Positions 62,979-64,000 of a DNA stretch of 64,000 bases are shown one piece after another (the stretch's first letter is position 1; every line of letters begins with the position of its first letter). The notes beneath the pieces are model-generated. The model had not been told where the DNA came from. It ran no database searches and saw only the letters and a program-made list of their open reading frames with translations. The stretch covers positions 9,920,001-9,984,000 of the forward strand of contig NC_135910.1 of assembly GCF_964194155.1 (NCBI RefSeq). The letters are read 5' to 3'. This DNA is from Cetorhinus maximus (lineage: Eukaryota). Position numbers and translations under genes: made by a program.

Positions 62979-64000
62979 TTTTAATGTTACTAAACTAATT
63001 ATCCAGAGATCTGAACTAATAATTTAAGGACAGGAGTTCAGATTCTACTGGAGCAGCTGGGGAATTTAAGTTAATAAATAATATGCTAAGTATTAGTAAT
63101 GGTGACCATATAACTACCAGATTGTTGTTAAAACCAATTTGGTTCACTAATGCTCTTTCCAGGAAAGAAATCTGCCATCCTTACCTGATCTATGTATGAC
63201 TCCAGACCCACAGTAATATAGTTGAGTCTTAACTGCCCTCCAAAATGGCCTATCAAGCCATTCAGTTAAGGGCAGTTAGGGATATGTACATACAAACATA
63301 CAAAATTAGGAGCAGGAGTAGGCCATTTGGCCTCTTGAACCTGCTCTGCCATTTGATAAGATCATAGCTGATCTGATTGTGGCCTCAACTCTACTTTCCT
63401 GACTACCCTGTACAACCTTTGACAATTTAGTGCTGAATTAGGGAAGGTTTTATATTTACAGCAGGAACTGATTGAGCTGTCTCAACATTTCCTGTAATGG
63501 GGTGAGCGGGTAAGGGTAGTAAACACTGGCCGTTCCAGTGATGCTCAGGACTTTTGAATGAATTAAAAAGCTACTGAGGGTGTGCTTCACTGACAGATGA
63601 GACATTAAAGCTAGGCTCCATCTGTCCTCTCGGGTGGATATAAAAGATTTCAAAGCACTGTTTTCCTAGAATCATAGAAACTTGCAGCACAGAAGAAAGC
63701 CATTGTGCCTGTGGTGGTCAGTACAAACAATATAAGGGCACCCTAAAAAAAAAGAGCCTTACAAACTTATGCATTGCAGACCACTTCTCTTGGGAAAACA
63801 CTGCAGCCGACTGGCCCGTGCAGAGGCAGGCACTGAAATTTGGTTCAGCTTACTTCATCTCTGCCAAACTCACAGCATCAAATGTGCCCAAAGGAAGGCC
63901 AGAGGTGACACAGCGACAGATGTTCCCTCAAGCACCAACAACAAGATCATGAGCTGCCAGTTCTGTGGATCTTGCTTCGGACTTTTGAGCCATTGAAGGA

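Overview
Eukaryotic, repeat-rich vertebrate DNA. The repeat set (HE1-type V-SINEs with their HER1/CR1 partner LINE, Deu-domain SacSINE1-like SINEs, Penelope elements) points to a shark or other elasmobranch. Four host genes are supported. (1) The first coding exon of a MAP4K1/HPK1-like Ste20 kinase (23715-23819, minus), missed by the ORF track; its intron 1 appears to run off the left edge. (2) A SERTAD1-like gene (main exon 28405-29215, minus) whose exon lacks the family ATG and probably takes its start from an upstream exon. (3) A SERTAD3-like gene (56002-56835, minus) with a long repeat-free 3' region. (4) An intronless, divergent thioredoxin (61210-61578, plus; WCEFC active site) lying head-to-head with SERTAD3 across a CCAAT-rich CpG-island promoter. 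The rest is mostly decayed CR1/HER1, L2, RTE, Tx1 and Penelope retroelements, SINEs, MITEs, a probable solo LTR, minisatellites, two local inverted duplications and one assembly gap. Orthology and repeat-family names come from recalled sequences, not database searches, and repeat boundaries are approximate.
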